A stretch of DNA of 64,000 nucleotides from a bacterium (GTDB lineage: Bacteria; Vulcanimicrobiota; Vulcanimicrobiia; Vulcanimicrobiales; SCRA01). The DNA lies in the NCBI GenBank assembly GCA_004297985.1, contig SCRA01000017.1, positions 28,941-92,940 on the forward strand, in the 5' to 3' direction. A model generated the notes under the pieces. It saw nothing but the letters and a program-made list of their open reading frames with translations. It ran no database searches and was not told the origin of the DNA. Positions 1 to 8,552 of this stretch are shown here, piece by piece (within the stretch, counting starts at the first letter, position 1; every line of letters begins with the position of its first letter). The translations under genes were made by a program, and so were the position numbers.

Positions 1-525
1 GAACGTATCCAGTCGAGCACGGCCGGCGCGAAGCTGAGTCTCCCCGTCTTCGGGCGCCACGTGGACGTGAGCGTCTCAGGCCTCTACGAGCACCTGACAC
101 GTGACGACCGTACGCTGCAGAACTACGTACCGTTCAATGCGCAGACGCAGACGTTCGATCCGGCAGCGCAGGCGCTCTCGCAGAGCGCGCAAGCGGCGGG
201 GGGAGCTGCGGTGCCCTTCTCGCCGAACTACGTCGACGTGCACCATACCGGCTTCTCTGCTGGCGCAGGCATCCCGGTCTCACCTGACGTCAAACTGAAC
301 TTCTCCTATTCGACGCAGCATTTCGGCGGCAGCTACGGAACCACGCTAGGCGACAACATCGACGAGCATAAGGACCTCTACTCGGGCGCCGTGACCTATC
401 GCATTCCCAAGACGAACACCTCGGTAACGGTGCAGGCGCTTCACTACCGCTATACCGACAACACCATGCCGCAGCTCAACTTCGATCAGACGCGGCAGAA
501 CGTCTATTTCACCGTCAAGTTCTAG
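1..525 (+). CDS. Outer-membrane beta-barrel protein, C-terminal part (5' end outside window)
   Basis: The frame is open from base 1 to TAG 523-525. It shows an alternating beta-strand pattern and ends in ...NVYFTVKF, with the C-terminal Phe typical of BAM substrates. Confidence 0.55.
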   Translation, partial: ERIQSSTAGAKLSLPVFGRHVDVSVSGLYEHLTRDDRTLQNYVPFNAQTQTFDPAAQALSQSAQAAGGAAVPFSPNYVDVHHTGFSAGAGIPVSPDVKLNFSYSTQHFGGSYGTTLGDNIDEHKDLYSGAVTYRIPKTNTSVTVQALHYRYTDNTMPQLNFDQTRQNVYFTVKF

Positions 526-527
526 CG

Positions 528-1370
528 TTGCGCAATAACGTGATCTTTGCGCGCCGTATCGGTGCCGTCGCGTCCGTCACCCTTGCGCTCTACCTCTTGT
601 TGGCCTTCGCGGTGACTGGGCTGGCCGCCGCCGCGGTGCTGCGCGATGCCGCCGCACCATTCTCGCTCCCGCGCGCGCTGCCGGCGGCCTGGGCGCTTCC
701 GCTGGCGCAGACGGCGTATCGCTTGCTGCCTACGCCGTGGAATGCCGAGGCTGCGGCGCGCGCGGCGCTGGCGCGAGGCGACGATGCCACGGCGGAACAC
801 TGGATCGCACGCATGCCACGCGGAGCATACGCGGTCGCGCTGCGTGCGGCACTAGCGGAGGCGCGCGGGGACGCGGAGTCTGCCGCCGCCGACGACTTGC
901 GCGACGGCGACGCCCCGGCATTGGCGCGCATCGTCGACGGGCTGGCTGCGCGGGACCTTTCGCGCGCCCTCCAACTCCAGCGCCACGTCGTAGCCGCACT
1001 CGAGGGCGACCCTGCGCATCCTCCATCACGTGCCGACGCCTTCTGGCGTCTGGGCATGCTCGAAGCACGGAGCGGCCACGGTGATGCCGCGACGCGTGCC
1101 TATGCGCGTGCCGTCGAGCTGGCGCCCTACGCCGGTCTCTACGCGCTGAGCTACGCGCAGCAGCTCTGGTACGGGCAGCGCAACGCCGCCGTTGCCGAGG
1201 TTTACTTCCGGCGCACCCTGGAGAACGATCCAACGGCTGCACCTGCCTACGTGGGTTTGGCGCAGATCGCGGCCGCGCGCGGCGACCGCGCAGCGGCACG
1301 CGCCGAGCTTGCACGAGCCCGCGCCATCGATCCGCGCGTGGCTGTCCCCGTGGATCTCGACGCCGAGTGA
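528..1370 (+). CDS. TPR-repeat protein with N-terminal membrane anchor
   Basis: A hydrophobic N-terminal segment (AVASVTLALYLLLAFAVTGLAAAAV) is followed by Ala/Arg-rich TPR-like helices (...YFRRTLENDPTAAPAYVGLAQIAAARGDRAAARAELARARAIDP). The stop overlaps the next start (GTGA). Confidence 0.6.
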   Translation: MRNNVIFARRIGAVASVTLALYLLLAFAVTGLAAAAVLRDAAAPFSLPRALPAAWALPLAQTAYRLLPTPWNAEAAARAALARGDDATAEHWIARMPRGAYAVALRAALAEARGDAESAAADDLRDGDAPALARIVDGLAARDLSRALQLQRHVVAALEGDPAHPPSRADAFWRLGMLEARSGHGDAATRAYARAVELAPYAGLYALSYAQQLWYGQRNAAVAEVYFRRTLENDPTAAPAYVGLAQIAAARGDRAAARAELARARAIDPRVAVPVDLDAE

Positions 1371-2395
1371 TCGTTGGTATCGACGCCCAGCTTGCCGTCG
1401 GCACGGCCACCGGGATCGGCGAGTACGTGCGCGAGCTGGTGGCGGCGCTCGAGGCGTGCGGTGAGGACGTGCGTCCGCTCTCCAGCCGCCGTCTCGATCC
1501 CTGGCGTTTCGATCGCCGCGTTCTATGGGATCAAGTGGTCCTCCCTCTGGCCGCGCGGCGCGCGCGAGTCGATCTGCTGCACTGCGCCTCGGGGACGCTG
1601 CCGGCGCTTTCCACGGTGCCGATCATCGCCACGGTGCACGATGTCGTCTGGCTGCGCGAGCAGCGCCACGCTAAGTTCTACGCGCGTTGGTATTTCGGTT
1701 CGTTCAGTGCTGAAGGCTACCGTCGCGCGCGTCTGATCATGGTGGACTCCGAATTCTCCGGGCGTGAATTGGTGGAGCTGGCGCACGTCGAGCCGGGGCG
1801 CGTACGCGTCGTCTACCCCGGAGTGAGCAGAGTCTTCGCTACACTAGCGCGCCGGCCCGACAACGATGTATTCGCGCTCGTCGTTGGAACCGTGGAGCCG
1901 CGCAAGAACCTCGAGATCGCCATTCGCGCGTTGCGCGACGTGCCCAACCTGCGCCTCGTCAGCGTCGGCCCGCCGACGCCGTACGTGGAGCACTGCCGCG
2001 AGGTCGCGCGGGCTTGCGGCATCGAAGGGCGCGTAGAGATCCGCGGCTACGTAAAGCGCGAGACACTCCTCGATCTCTACGCACGTGCCGCTGTGGTGCT
2101 GATGCCCTCATGCTACGAGGGGTTCGGTCTGGGCGCCGCACAGGCGCTCGTAGCCGGTGTACCGCTGTTGGCGGCGCGCTCGAGCTCCTTAGTGGAGGTA
2201 GCACCCGCTCAGGCGCTGCTTCCGGTCGATGACGCCGACGCCTGGCGGCAGGCCCTATGCGAACTGCTGGCCACGCGTGACGAGCACGAGCGCGCGAGCG
2301 CGCAAATGCGCCCCGCCGCCCGCGAGCGCTTCTCATGGGCAAGCACCGCCGCGCGCGTCGCCGCCTGCTACCGCGAGGCGCTAGTGGATCGGTGA
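1367..2395 (+). CDS. Glycosyltransferase, GT4-like (GT-B fold)
   Basis: N-terminal TGIGEYVRELV and a C-terminal donor-binding region (LMPSCYEGFGLGAAQALVAGVPLLAA) are typical of family 4 glycosyltransferases. It is translationally coupled to the upstream TPR gene. Confidence 0.8.
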   Translation: MIVGIDAQLAVGTATGIGEYVRELVAALEACGEDVRPLSSRRLDPWRFDRRVLWDQVVLPLAARRARVDLLHCASGTLPALSTVPIIATVHDVVWLREQRHAKFYARWYFGSFSAEGYRRARLIMVDSEFSGRELVELAHVEPGRVRVVYPGVSRVFATLARRPDNDVFALVVGTVEPRKNLEIAIRALRDVPNLRLVSVGPPTPYVEHCREVARACGIEGRVEIRGYVKRETLLDLYARAAVVLMPSCYEGFGLGAAQALVAGVPLLAARSSSLVEVAPAQALLPVDDADAWRQALCELLATRDEHERASAQMRPAARERFSWASTAARVAACYREALVDR

Positions 2396-4072
2396 GCCCG
2401 GGGCACCAGGGGCCACGCTGCCGTCGTCGGGACCGACGACCAAACGCAGCGGGTACGAGGAGCCGCCTTCGGGCATCGTTACGACCTGCGTGCGCACGAA
2501 GCCGTGCGCCGGGACCGCGTACTGACGAACTTTGAAGGTCGTGAAGGCTTTGGCGGGATGCGAGAGCACGACGGTTCCGTCGATGATGTACGTGGCCGTC
2601 GCGGCGCCGCCGCGCGGGTTCTGATAGAGTGCCAGCCGCGCCGGTGCACCGGTGCGATTGACGAGCGTCAGCGTAATCGACTGCAAGACGCCGTAGTCGC
2701 CGCCAAGCGCCTCGCCGCGCCGCAAATTGGGGAGAGGGATCTGCCCGATGGGAACTTCGACATCGTCGCTGCCCACGAAGTACGTGTAGTCGAAGAAGAA
2801 CTCGGGGATCGGGTAGACGCCGCGCGCATGCTTCACCGTCGACTGTAGGAGATCGCTCGACGCGGGCGCTGCGTCCACGGGCTGCCCGAAGTCCTGCACC
2901 AGTAGGCTCAAGTGGAGGCGGTCGCCGCTCAGCTCACGCAGTTGAAGCAGGTTGGAGATGACCGTCCCCGCGGGGAACTCCTGGTTGGCCAGGTTGATCG
3001 TGGCATTGGGCGGTACCGTTACCACCGTACCCTCGTTGCGTGCCTCGTGTACGAGGAAGCGCATCGTGGAGAGGTGGCCTACCTCCATCTCGTACGGCGT
3101 GGGTCCGGCGGCACCGCTGATGTACTGTACCTGCGCGGGCTGAGAGCTCACGTTGGTGACCTTGAGCAGGATGCGGCGATCCTGGGACCCTGGCTTGTTG
3201 TAGTGATAGTACAGGAAGCGGGCGGGGCGGTTGGTAGTGAGATCCTCGGAGAAGAGAACGCCGTTCTCCGTGATCGTCTCGGGGTAGTCGCTCACCAGCA
3301 GCGAGACTGGCTTGATGCGCGGCTGGGCGAAGTTCTCGACGCGCACCTGCGTCGTTCCGCTCACTTGGATGTAGGGATCGCCGTTGATCGTGACGGGAAC
3401 CTGCACCGTCTCGAGGTCGTCGAGCGGAAGATCGCGCGCACCGCGCACGTGTTCGGGGTGAACGATGACTTTCGCCCCAGGACGCAGGTTGACGGCGGCG
3501 GCCTCAGCGGCCGTTGCCGCGGCGCGGCGCACGTAGGCGGCGTCCGCGGGGTTGCCGGTGATCTTGGCCTCGGTATTGTCGGCGGGGAAGCCCGCCTGAT
3601 AGGCCACACGCACCCAGACACTCGCCGTGATGCCGCGATCGTCGGTGATGGTGACGGTGGAGAGACCCAGGCTCGTGCCGTAGATCGTGACCCGCTGCGC
3701 GCCCTGATCGATGCCTTGGACCTGGACGTTGGGACTGGACGAGGCGGCGTGTACTTGGCCGAAGATGCCGGAGGCTTGGATCGTTGCCGTCTGATGGTAG
3801 ACGAGATCGACGGAGGTCGGCGAGACGGTGATCGGCGGCGGCGTGGGCGAGGGGGTGGGGAGCGGCGCCGCGCTGGGCGAGGCTACGGGAAGCGGCGTGC
3901 CTCCCGGTATCGGCGTGCCTGTCGCGGGCGGCGTCTCCAGCGGCAGCGGAGCGGCCGAGGCGACAGGCGACGGCGACGGCGCGCTCTGCCCCACCCCGGG
4001 GGCGTCGAGCGCAACGATCAAGGCGCATGCGGCGAGAAGGGCCGCTATCGGCAGTCGGAGCGAGCGAGACAT
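2381..4072 (-). CDS. Secreted protein of unknown function (signal peptide, Pro/Ser-rich linker, Ig-like segment, beta-rich body)
   Basis: It has a signal peptide (MSRSLRLPIAALLAACALIVA), a proline-rich linker and coding-like composition over 563 codons. I recognise no catalytic motif. Confidence 0.7.
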   Translation of the reverse strand: MSRSLRLPIAALLAACALIVALDAPGVGQSAPSPSPVASAAPLPLETPPATGTPIPGGTPLPVASPSAAPLPTPSPTPPPITVSPTSVDLVYHQTATIQASGIFGQVHAASSSPNVQVQGIDQGAQRVTIYGTSLGLSTVTITDDRGITASVWVRVAYQAGFPADNTEAKITGNPADAAYVRRAAATAAEAAAVNLRPGAKVIVHPEHVRGARDLPLDDLETVQVPVTINGDPYIQVSGTTQVRVENFAQPRIKPVSLLVSDYPETITENGVLFSEDLTTNRPARFLYYHYNKPGSQDRRILLKVTNVSSQPAQVQYISGAAGPTPYEMEVGHLSTMRFLVHEARNEGTVVTVPPNATINLANQEFPAGTVISNLLQLRELSGDRLHLSLLVQDFGQPVDAAPASSDLLQSTVKHARGVYPIPEFFFDYTYFVGSDDVEVPIGQIPLPNLRRGEALGGDYGVLQSITLTLVNRTGAPARLALYQNPRGGAATATYIIDGTVVLSHPAKAFTTFKVRQYAVPAHGFVRTQVVTMPEGGSSYPLRLVVGPDDGSVAPGAPGSPIH

Positions 4073-4080
4073 CGGCGGCG

Positions 4081-5733
4081 CTAGGCGATCTGTGCTTCTT
4101 TACGCACGACCGAGGCGAGCAGCGTCTTGTAGCCGACGCTCGGGAAGAGCACGGTCACCAAGTCGCGATCGACGCGCTCGACGGTGCCGGATCCATATTT
4201 CCCGTGGACGACGGCGTCGCCGATACGGAAGCCCGTGAGGTTGGTCGTCTCCGCTACCGCCTCGACGTCCGGATGAGCCATCACGCTGCGCTTGCGCGCC
4301 AGGCAGTTGTCGCATGCGCCGCAGAACTCGGCGTCGTAGTCCTCACCGAAATAGTTGAGGATGAAGCGACGGCGGCAGGACTGCGTCTCGCAGTATTGGA
4401 GCATCATGACCAGCTTCGATTGGTCGTAGCTCTTCTTGGTTTCGTAGTTGGCGAGGTTGAGCACGAGATCGGGATTCTTCTTCGCGAAAGGCGCTAGCGC
4501 ATAGGTGGAGCGTGTGCGGTTGACGATGAAGCCCGACTTCTTGAGAAGCGCCAGGATTACTTTCAGCTTGGTCAGCGGAATCTGCGAGATGCGGCGCAGA
4601 TCGGTGAGCGAGACGCCATGCTCTTGGGCCTCGAAGATCTCCAGCGTGCCGAAGATCTTCTGGACTTCCTCGACGTCGGGATATTTGCCCGTCAGGAAAT
4701 AGTGCTGCACGCGGGTATCGCTCATGCGATAGAGCAGAATGCAGCGCGAAGGCCGGCCATCGCGCCCGGCGCGTCCCGCCTCCTGCGTGTAGGCTTCTAC
4801 GCTTCCCGGGAGATCGTAGTGGATGACGAAGCGAATGTTGGGCTTGTCGATCCCCAGGCCGAAAGCGTTGGTCGCCACCACCGCGCGGATCTTCTCCTCC
4901 ATGAACAGCTCGTGCACGGTTTCGCGCTCGCGCTTGTGCAGTTTGGAATGGTAGACGGCGGCCGGGACGCCAAGCGTCTCGAGCAGGTACGTCTGCACGG
5001 CCAGCGTGTTCTTGATGGTGGCCGTGTAGATGATGCCGGTGCCTTCGGGCTCGGATTGGAAGAACTGCTTGAGCAGCTTGAGTTTCTCTTGCTCGCTCTC
5101 CGCGCGCAGTACTTCGTAGATCAAGTTCGGGCGGTCGAAGCCTTTGACGATCGGCTTGACGCCTGGGATACCCAACTGGTGGAGGATGTCTTCGCGCACG
5201 GCGGGCGTGGCCGTGGCCGTCAGCGCAAGCACCGTGGGGTGGCCGAGCGCCTGGATCACGTGGCCGAGGCCCAAGTAGGCGGGGCGGAAGTCGTGCCCCC
5301 AGGCGGAGATGCAGTGCGCCTCGTCAACGACGAAGAGCGGAATCTTCAACTCGCGCAGGCGCGCGACGAAGGACTCGTCCTCCAGCTTCTCGGGGGTGAC
5401 GAAGACGATCTTGAGCGATCCGCCGCGGATGCGCTCGAGTGCCTCCGCTTCCTGCTCTTCGGAGAGCGTGGAGTTGAGGGCTACCACGTCACGCACGTTG
5501 CGATCGGCCAGCATGTCTACCTGGTCCTTCATCAACGCGATGAGCGGGCTGACGACGACCGTTGTCCCGCCGAGCAGGAGGGCCGGGAGCTGGTAGCAGA
5601 GGCTCTTCCCTGCGCCCGTGGCCAAGATCGCAAGGGTGTCTTTGCCGGCCATGACGCGCGAGATGACCTCTTCTTGACCCGGATAGAAGGCCGGGTATCC
5701 GAACTTCTCCGTCAGGGCCGCTCGCAGATTCAC
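4081..5733 (-). CDS. recQ: ATP-dependent DNA helicase, RecQ family
   Basis: It carries Walker A (TGAGKSLCYQLPA), a DEAH box (VVDEAHCISAWGHDFRPAY), motif VI (QEAGRAGRDG) and a Zn cluster (CRRRFILNYFGEDYDAEFCGACDNC). I set the start at GTG 5733 behind GAGGAG; TTG 5766 from the ORF track is the alternative. Confidence 0.9.
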   Translation of the reverse strand: MNLRAALTEKFGYPAFYPGQEEVISRVMAGKDTLAILATGAGKSLCYQLPALLLGGTTVVVSPLIALMKDQVDMLADRNVRDVVALNSTLSEEQEAEALERIRGGSLKIVFVTPEKLEDESFVARLRELKIPLFVVDEAHCISAWGHDFRPAYLGLGHVIQALGHPTVLALTATATPAVREDILHQLGIPGVKPIVKGFDRPNLIYEVLRAESEQEKLKLLKQFFQSEPEGTGIIYTATIKNTLAVQTYLLETLGVPAAVYHSKLHKRERETVHELFMEEKIRAVVATNAFGLGIDKPNIRFVIHYDLPGSVEAYTQEAGRAGRDGRPSRCILLYRMSDTRVQHYFLTGKYPDVEEVQKIFGTLEIFEAQEHGVSLTDLRRISQIPLTKLKVILALLKKSGFIVNRTRSTYALAPFAKKNPDLVLNLANYETKKSYDQSKLVMMLQYCETQSCRRRFILNYFGEDYDAEFCGACDNCLARKRSVMAHPDVEAVAETTNLTGFRIGDAVVHGKYGSGTVERVDRDLVTVLFPSVGYKTLLASVVRKEAQIA

Positions 5734-5902
5734 CGTCTTCTCCTCGTTCAACGCAGATAGTCCCAAGCGACGAAAATACCAGCGCCGCGCTATACATTAC
5801 CCAGCGCGAGCACTTGGGGTTTCGCTTCGATTGTGCCCAAGCGACGCCTGCCCCAAACCCCACGCGCGTGCGCGCGTGGAGGACCCCGGTGCTTGAAAGG
5901 TT

Positions 5903-5932
5903 CCGGGGCGCTCGCCCCGGATCTTTGTCGTT
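5903..5932 (+). terminator. Terminator-like hairpin (CCGGGGC GCTC GCCCCGG) followed by ATCTTTGTCGTT
   Basis: A 7-bp GC stem with a tetraloop at 5903-5920 is followed by a T-containing tract. It competes with an upstream CCCCGG (5884-5889) for the same CCGGGG segment. No + strand CDS lies upstream. Confidence 0.3.
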
Positions 5933-6018
5933 GCGGGATAATCGCCCATGTGCCCGAGCAGTGGCGTGTGCGCTCGCGCACAGCAGGTCCGCTCGATGGA
6001 GCGCGCTAACCAGCCTGC

Positions 6019-7560
6019 GTGTCTCTGTACCGTTCGTGGCGCCCCAAGACGTTCGCCGAGCTCGTGGGTCAAGATGCCGTCGTCAAGACGCTCACCTCCG
6101 CGATCACCAAGGGACGGCTCGCCCATGCCTATCTCTTCTCCGGCCCGCGCGGCTCCGGAAAGACTTCGGCGGCAAAGATTCTGGCGCGTTGCATCAACTG
6201 CGTTCAGGGCCCCACCGTGGAGCCCGACAACACGTGTGAGAACTGCCGGGCCATCCTCGAAGGACGCTCGCTGGACGTTCTGGAGATCGACGCGGCCTCG
6301 AACCGAGGCATCGACGAGATCCGCGAGCTGCGCGACAAGGTGAAGTTCGCACCCAGCACGATGCGGCGCAAAGTCTACATCATCGACGAGGCCCACATGC
6401 TCACCCGCGAGGGGGCCAACGCCTTTCTCAAGACGCTGGAGGAGCCGCCGGAGCACGTCGTCTTCATCCTCGCCACCACGGAGCCGGAGAAGCTCCCGGT
6501 GACCGTGCTCTCGCGTTGTCAGCGCTACGCCTTCCGGCGCATCACCGTCCCCGTCATGCTGGAGCGCCTGCGCCACATCGCCTCCGCCGAAGGCTTTACC
6601 TTCACCGAGGAGGCGCTGAGACAGATCGCCTACCGGGCCGATGGCGGCCTGCGCGACGCGCTGACGATGTTGGAGCAGGTAGCGGCATTCGGCGACGGCG
6701 AGGTGGACGTCGAGACCGTAGCCGCGGCGTTTGGACAGTCGACGCGCGAATGGGCGCGTGCCCTGGTTGAGGCCGTCTGCAATACCGACACGGCTGCCGC
6801 GCTCGATGCCGTCTCGGGCGCCTCCGATGCCGGCGCCGAGATGGCGACGCTGATGCGCGAGGCCGTTGCGGGACTACGCCAGCTCTTGGTGGCAAGACTC
6901 AACCCCGATCTGCTGGAGAGCGAGCTTGCGCCCGAGGACGTCCGCTGGATGACCGAGCGCGCCGAGCGCATTCCCCAAGGCCGGCTGGTACGCGGCCTCA
7001 AGCTGCTCGCCGACGCGATAGCCGACGGCCGCCGTAGCGGCCTGCCGCGCTTGGAGCTGGAGGTGGCGATGCTCCGCCTTCTGCTGGCTGCCGAGGAGGC
7101 GCCCTCTACTGCCGCGCCTGTCGCCAAGAGCGAGGCCCACGCCAAGCCCGCCGCTCCTCCTCCCGAGCGGCAGCCGGTCGAGTCGCCCAACGGCTCAATC
7201 TGCGGCGATCCGACGGTGCAGAAGGTGCTAGGCGTCTGGGAGCAGGTTCGTGCGCGGGTGGGCGAGCGCAGTGCCCCGGTGAACGGAATGCTCGCTAACG
7301 GTGAGCCCCTGGGCGTGGATAGCGGGGTGCTGACACTGACCTTCGCCAATCCCATCGCCGCCGAGACCATTCGCGGCAACGCCTCGCTGGTGGAGGAGGC
7401 CCTGCTCGATGTCCTGCGCGCCCCGCTGAAGGTGGTGGTTCAGGTGCGCAAAAAGAGCCAGGCCGCCCAGGGCTCGAGCGGCGGCGGGGGACGGGCGCCC
7501 TCGATCCGGGAGGATGGAAGCGACCTCCTCGACTATGCCCTCAAGAAGTTTTCCACCTGA
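6019..7560 (+). CDS. dnaX: DNA polymerase III subunit gamma/tau
   Basis: It has Walker A (GPRGSGKTS), a Zn module (CINCVQGPTVEPDNTCENC), Walker B (IIDEAHML) and an SRC motif (LSRCQRY). The classical dnaX-ybaB-recR order is present. Confidence 0.95.
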   Translation: MSLYRSWRPKTFAELVGQDAVVKTLTSAITKGRLAHAYLFSGPRGSGKTSAAKILARCINCVQGPTVEPDNTCENCRAILEGRSLDVLEIDAASNRGIDEIRELRDKVKFAPSTMRRKVYIIDEAHMLTREGANAFLKTLEEPPEHVVFILATTEPEKLPVTVLSRCQRYAFRRITVPVMLERLRHIASAEGFTFTEEALRQIAYRADGGLRDALTMLEQVAAFGDGEVDVETVAAAFGQSTREWARALVEAVCNTDTAAALDAVSGASDAGAEMATLMREAVAGLRQLLVARLNPDLLESELAPEDVRWMTERAERIPQGRLVRGLKLLADAIADGRRSGLPRLELEVAMLRLLLAAEEAPSTAAPVAKSEAHAKPAAPPPERQPVESPNGSICGDPTVQKVLGVWEQVRARVGERSAPVNGMLANGEPLGVDSGVLTLTFANPIAAETIRGNASLVEEALLDVLRAPLKVVVQVRKKSQAAQGSSGGGGRAPSIREDGSDLLDYALKKFST

Positions 7561-7574
7561 GCGGACGGAGTGCG

Positions 7575-7880
7575 ATGAACCAAGCCCAACTGATGCGGAT
7601 GCTGCAGAAGACCCAGGCCGAGATGGCGCGGGTCCAGGAGGAGCTCTCGACGACGACGGTCACCGGGAGCGCCGGCGGTGCGGTCACCGTTGAGATGACC
7701 GCCGATATGCGGGTCACCAAGGTGACGATCGAGAAGGCCGCCGTCGACCCCGAGGACGTGGAGTCGCTCGAGGACGTGGTGGCCACTGCGGTCAACGCGG
7801 CGATTGCCAGCGCCCAGGAGGTCTCCAGCCGGAAGATGGGCGCCGTGACAGGCGGGATGCGGATCCCCGGCCTCTTTTGA
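7575..7880 (+). CDS. ybaB: Nucleoid-associated protein YbaB/EbfC
   Basis: The 101-aa product (MNQAQLMRMLQKTQAEMARVQEEL...GGMRIPGLF) has the size, sequence pattern and position between dnaX and recR expected for YbaB/EbfC. Confidence 0.9.
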   Translation: MNQAQLMRMLQKTQAEMARVQEELSTTTVTGSAGGAVTVEMTADMRVTKVTIEKAAVDPEDVESLEDVVATAVNAAIASAQEVSSRKMGAVTGGMRIPGLF

Positions 7881-8476
7881 GCTCCGTCGCCGGCCCCGTT
7901 CAGGCCCTCATCAACGAGTTCGCGAAGCTCCCGACGATCGGCCCCAAGACGGCAGCCCGCCTGGTCTTCTACCTGCTTGCGCAGCCGCGCGGGGAGGCCG
8001 TGAGCTTGGCCGAGGCGATCGTCGCCCTCAAGGACAAGGTACGCACCTGCTCGCGCTGCTTCGCCATCACCGAGGACGACCCGTGCGAGACCTGCCGGGA
8101 TCCGCGGCGCGACGCCAAGCTGCTCTGCGTGGTCGCCGAGCCCAAGGACATCTATGCGCTCGAGCGGACCGGGGCCTACAAAGGGCGCTACCACGTGCTG
8201 GGCGGGCTGATCTCGCCGATGGACGGCGTCGGCCCCGATCAACTGCGAGTTCGGGAACTCGTGGCCCGTGTGGGAGAGGACTCCCCTGCCGAAGTCGTCA
8301 TCGCGACCAATCCCAATGCCGAGGGAGAGACGACAGCCGTCTATATCTCGCGCCTGCTGCGGCCGCTGGGCGTCACGGTCAGCCGCCTGGCCTACGGCCT
8401 GCCGATCGGCGGGGAGCTCGATTATGCCGACGAGGTGACGCTTGCCAAGGCCCTTGAAGGCCGGAAAATCCTTTAG
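7877..8476 (+). CDS. recR: Recombination protein RecR
   Basis: It has an HhH N-terminus, a C4 zinc finger (CSRCFAITEDDPCETC) and a Toprim region (LCVVAEPKDIYALE). The TTG start overlaps the ybaB stop. Confidence 0.95.
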   Translation: MSSVAGPVQALINEFAKLPTIGPKTAARLVFYLLAQPRGEAVSLAEAIVALKDKVRTCSRCFAITEDDPCETCRDPRRDAKLLCVVAEPKDIYALERTGAYKGRYHVLGGLISPMDGVGPDQLRVRELVARVGEDSPAEVVIATNPNAEGETTAVYISRLLRPLGVTVSRLAYGLPIGGELDYADEVTLAKALEGRKIL

Positions 8477-8514
8477 AAATCAAGGGTTCATAGTACTTCA
8501 AAAATCACAGAGAC

Positions 8515-8543
8515 TTGTAAAACTGAAGGCAGAGTGGTATCCT
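8515..8543 (+). promoter_or_regulatory. Candidate sigma70-type promoter of the HxlR-family gene (TTGTAA-17 nt-TATCCT)
   Basis: TTGTAA at 8515-8520 and TATCCT at 8538-8543 are separated by 17 nt in a locally AT-richer stretch. The ATG follows 9 nt after the -10 box, so the leader would be very short or absent. Confidence 0.45.
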
Positions 8544-8552
8544 ATTGGGGCG

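Noticed and set aside
2381-2395. Convergent gene pairs overlapping at their 3' ends: 2381-2395, 8983-9020, 39020-39023 and 63040-63043. I considered these as a sign of mis-annotation or antisense regulation.
   Set aside because: The ends are fixed by stop codons of well-supported genes. Short convergent overlaps are common in compact high-GC genomes. Only the 38-nt hxlR/DUF697 overlap is mentioned under findings.
2912-4084. A 390-aa + strand ORF antisense to the secreted-protein gene. Similar long shadow ORFs occur at 4618-5760 (+), 5797-6576 (-), 9966-11420 (+), 12067-13371 (-), 15864-17120 (-), 22413-23900 (+), 49473-51146 (-), 54344-55954 (-) and 56256-58145 (-).
   Set aside because: Their products are Arg/Gly/Asp-rich low-complexity sequences with no motifs. 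Each lies antisense to, or out of frame with, a gene that has strong family motifs. Long stop-free antisense frames are expected in DNA with this much G+C.
5767-6018. An SRP (4.5S) RNA gene in the classical position upstream of dnaX.
   Set aside because: I could not find the conserved helix-8 elements (GGAA-type tetraloop flanked by AGGUCC / GGAAGCAGCC-like strands) on either strand. The region is kept only as an unassigned structured block.
7449-7455. C AAA AAG in dnaX, considered as a possible gamma-subunit -1 frameshift site.
   Set aside because: It is not the full A AAA AAG heptamer. It has no obvious downstream stem-loop. It lies about 35 codons before the natural stop, far beyond where a functional gamma truncation would occur.
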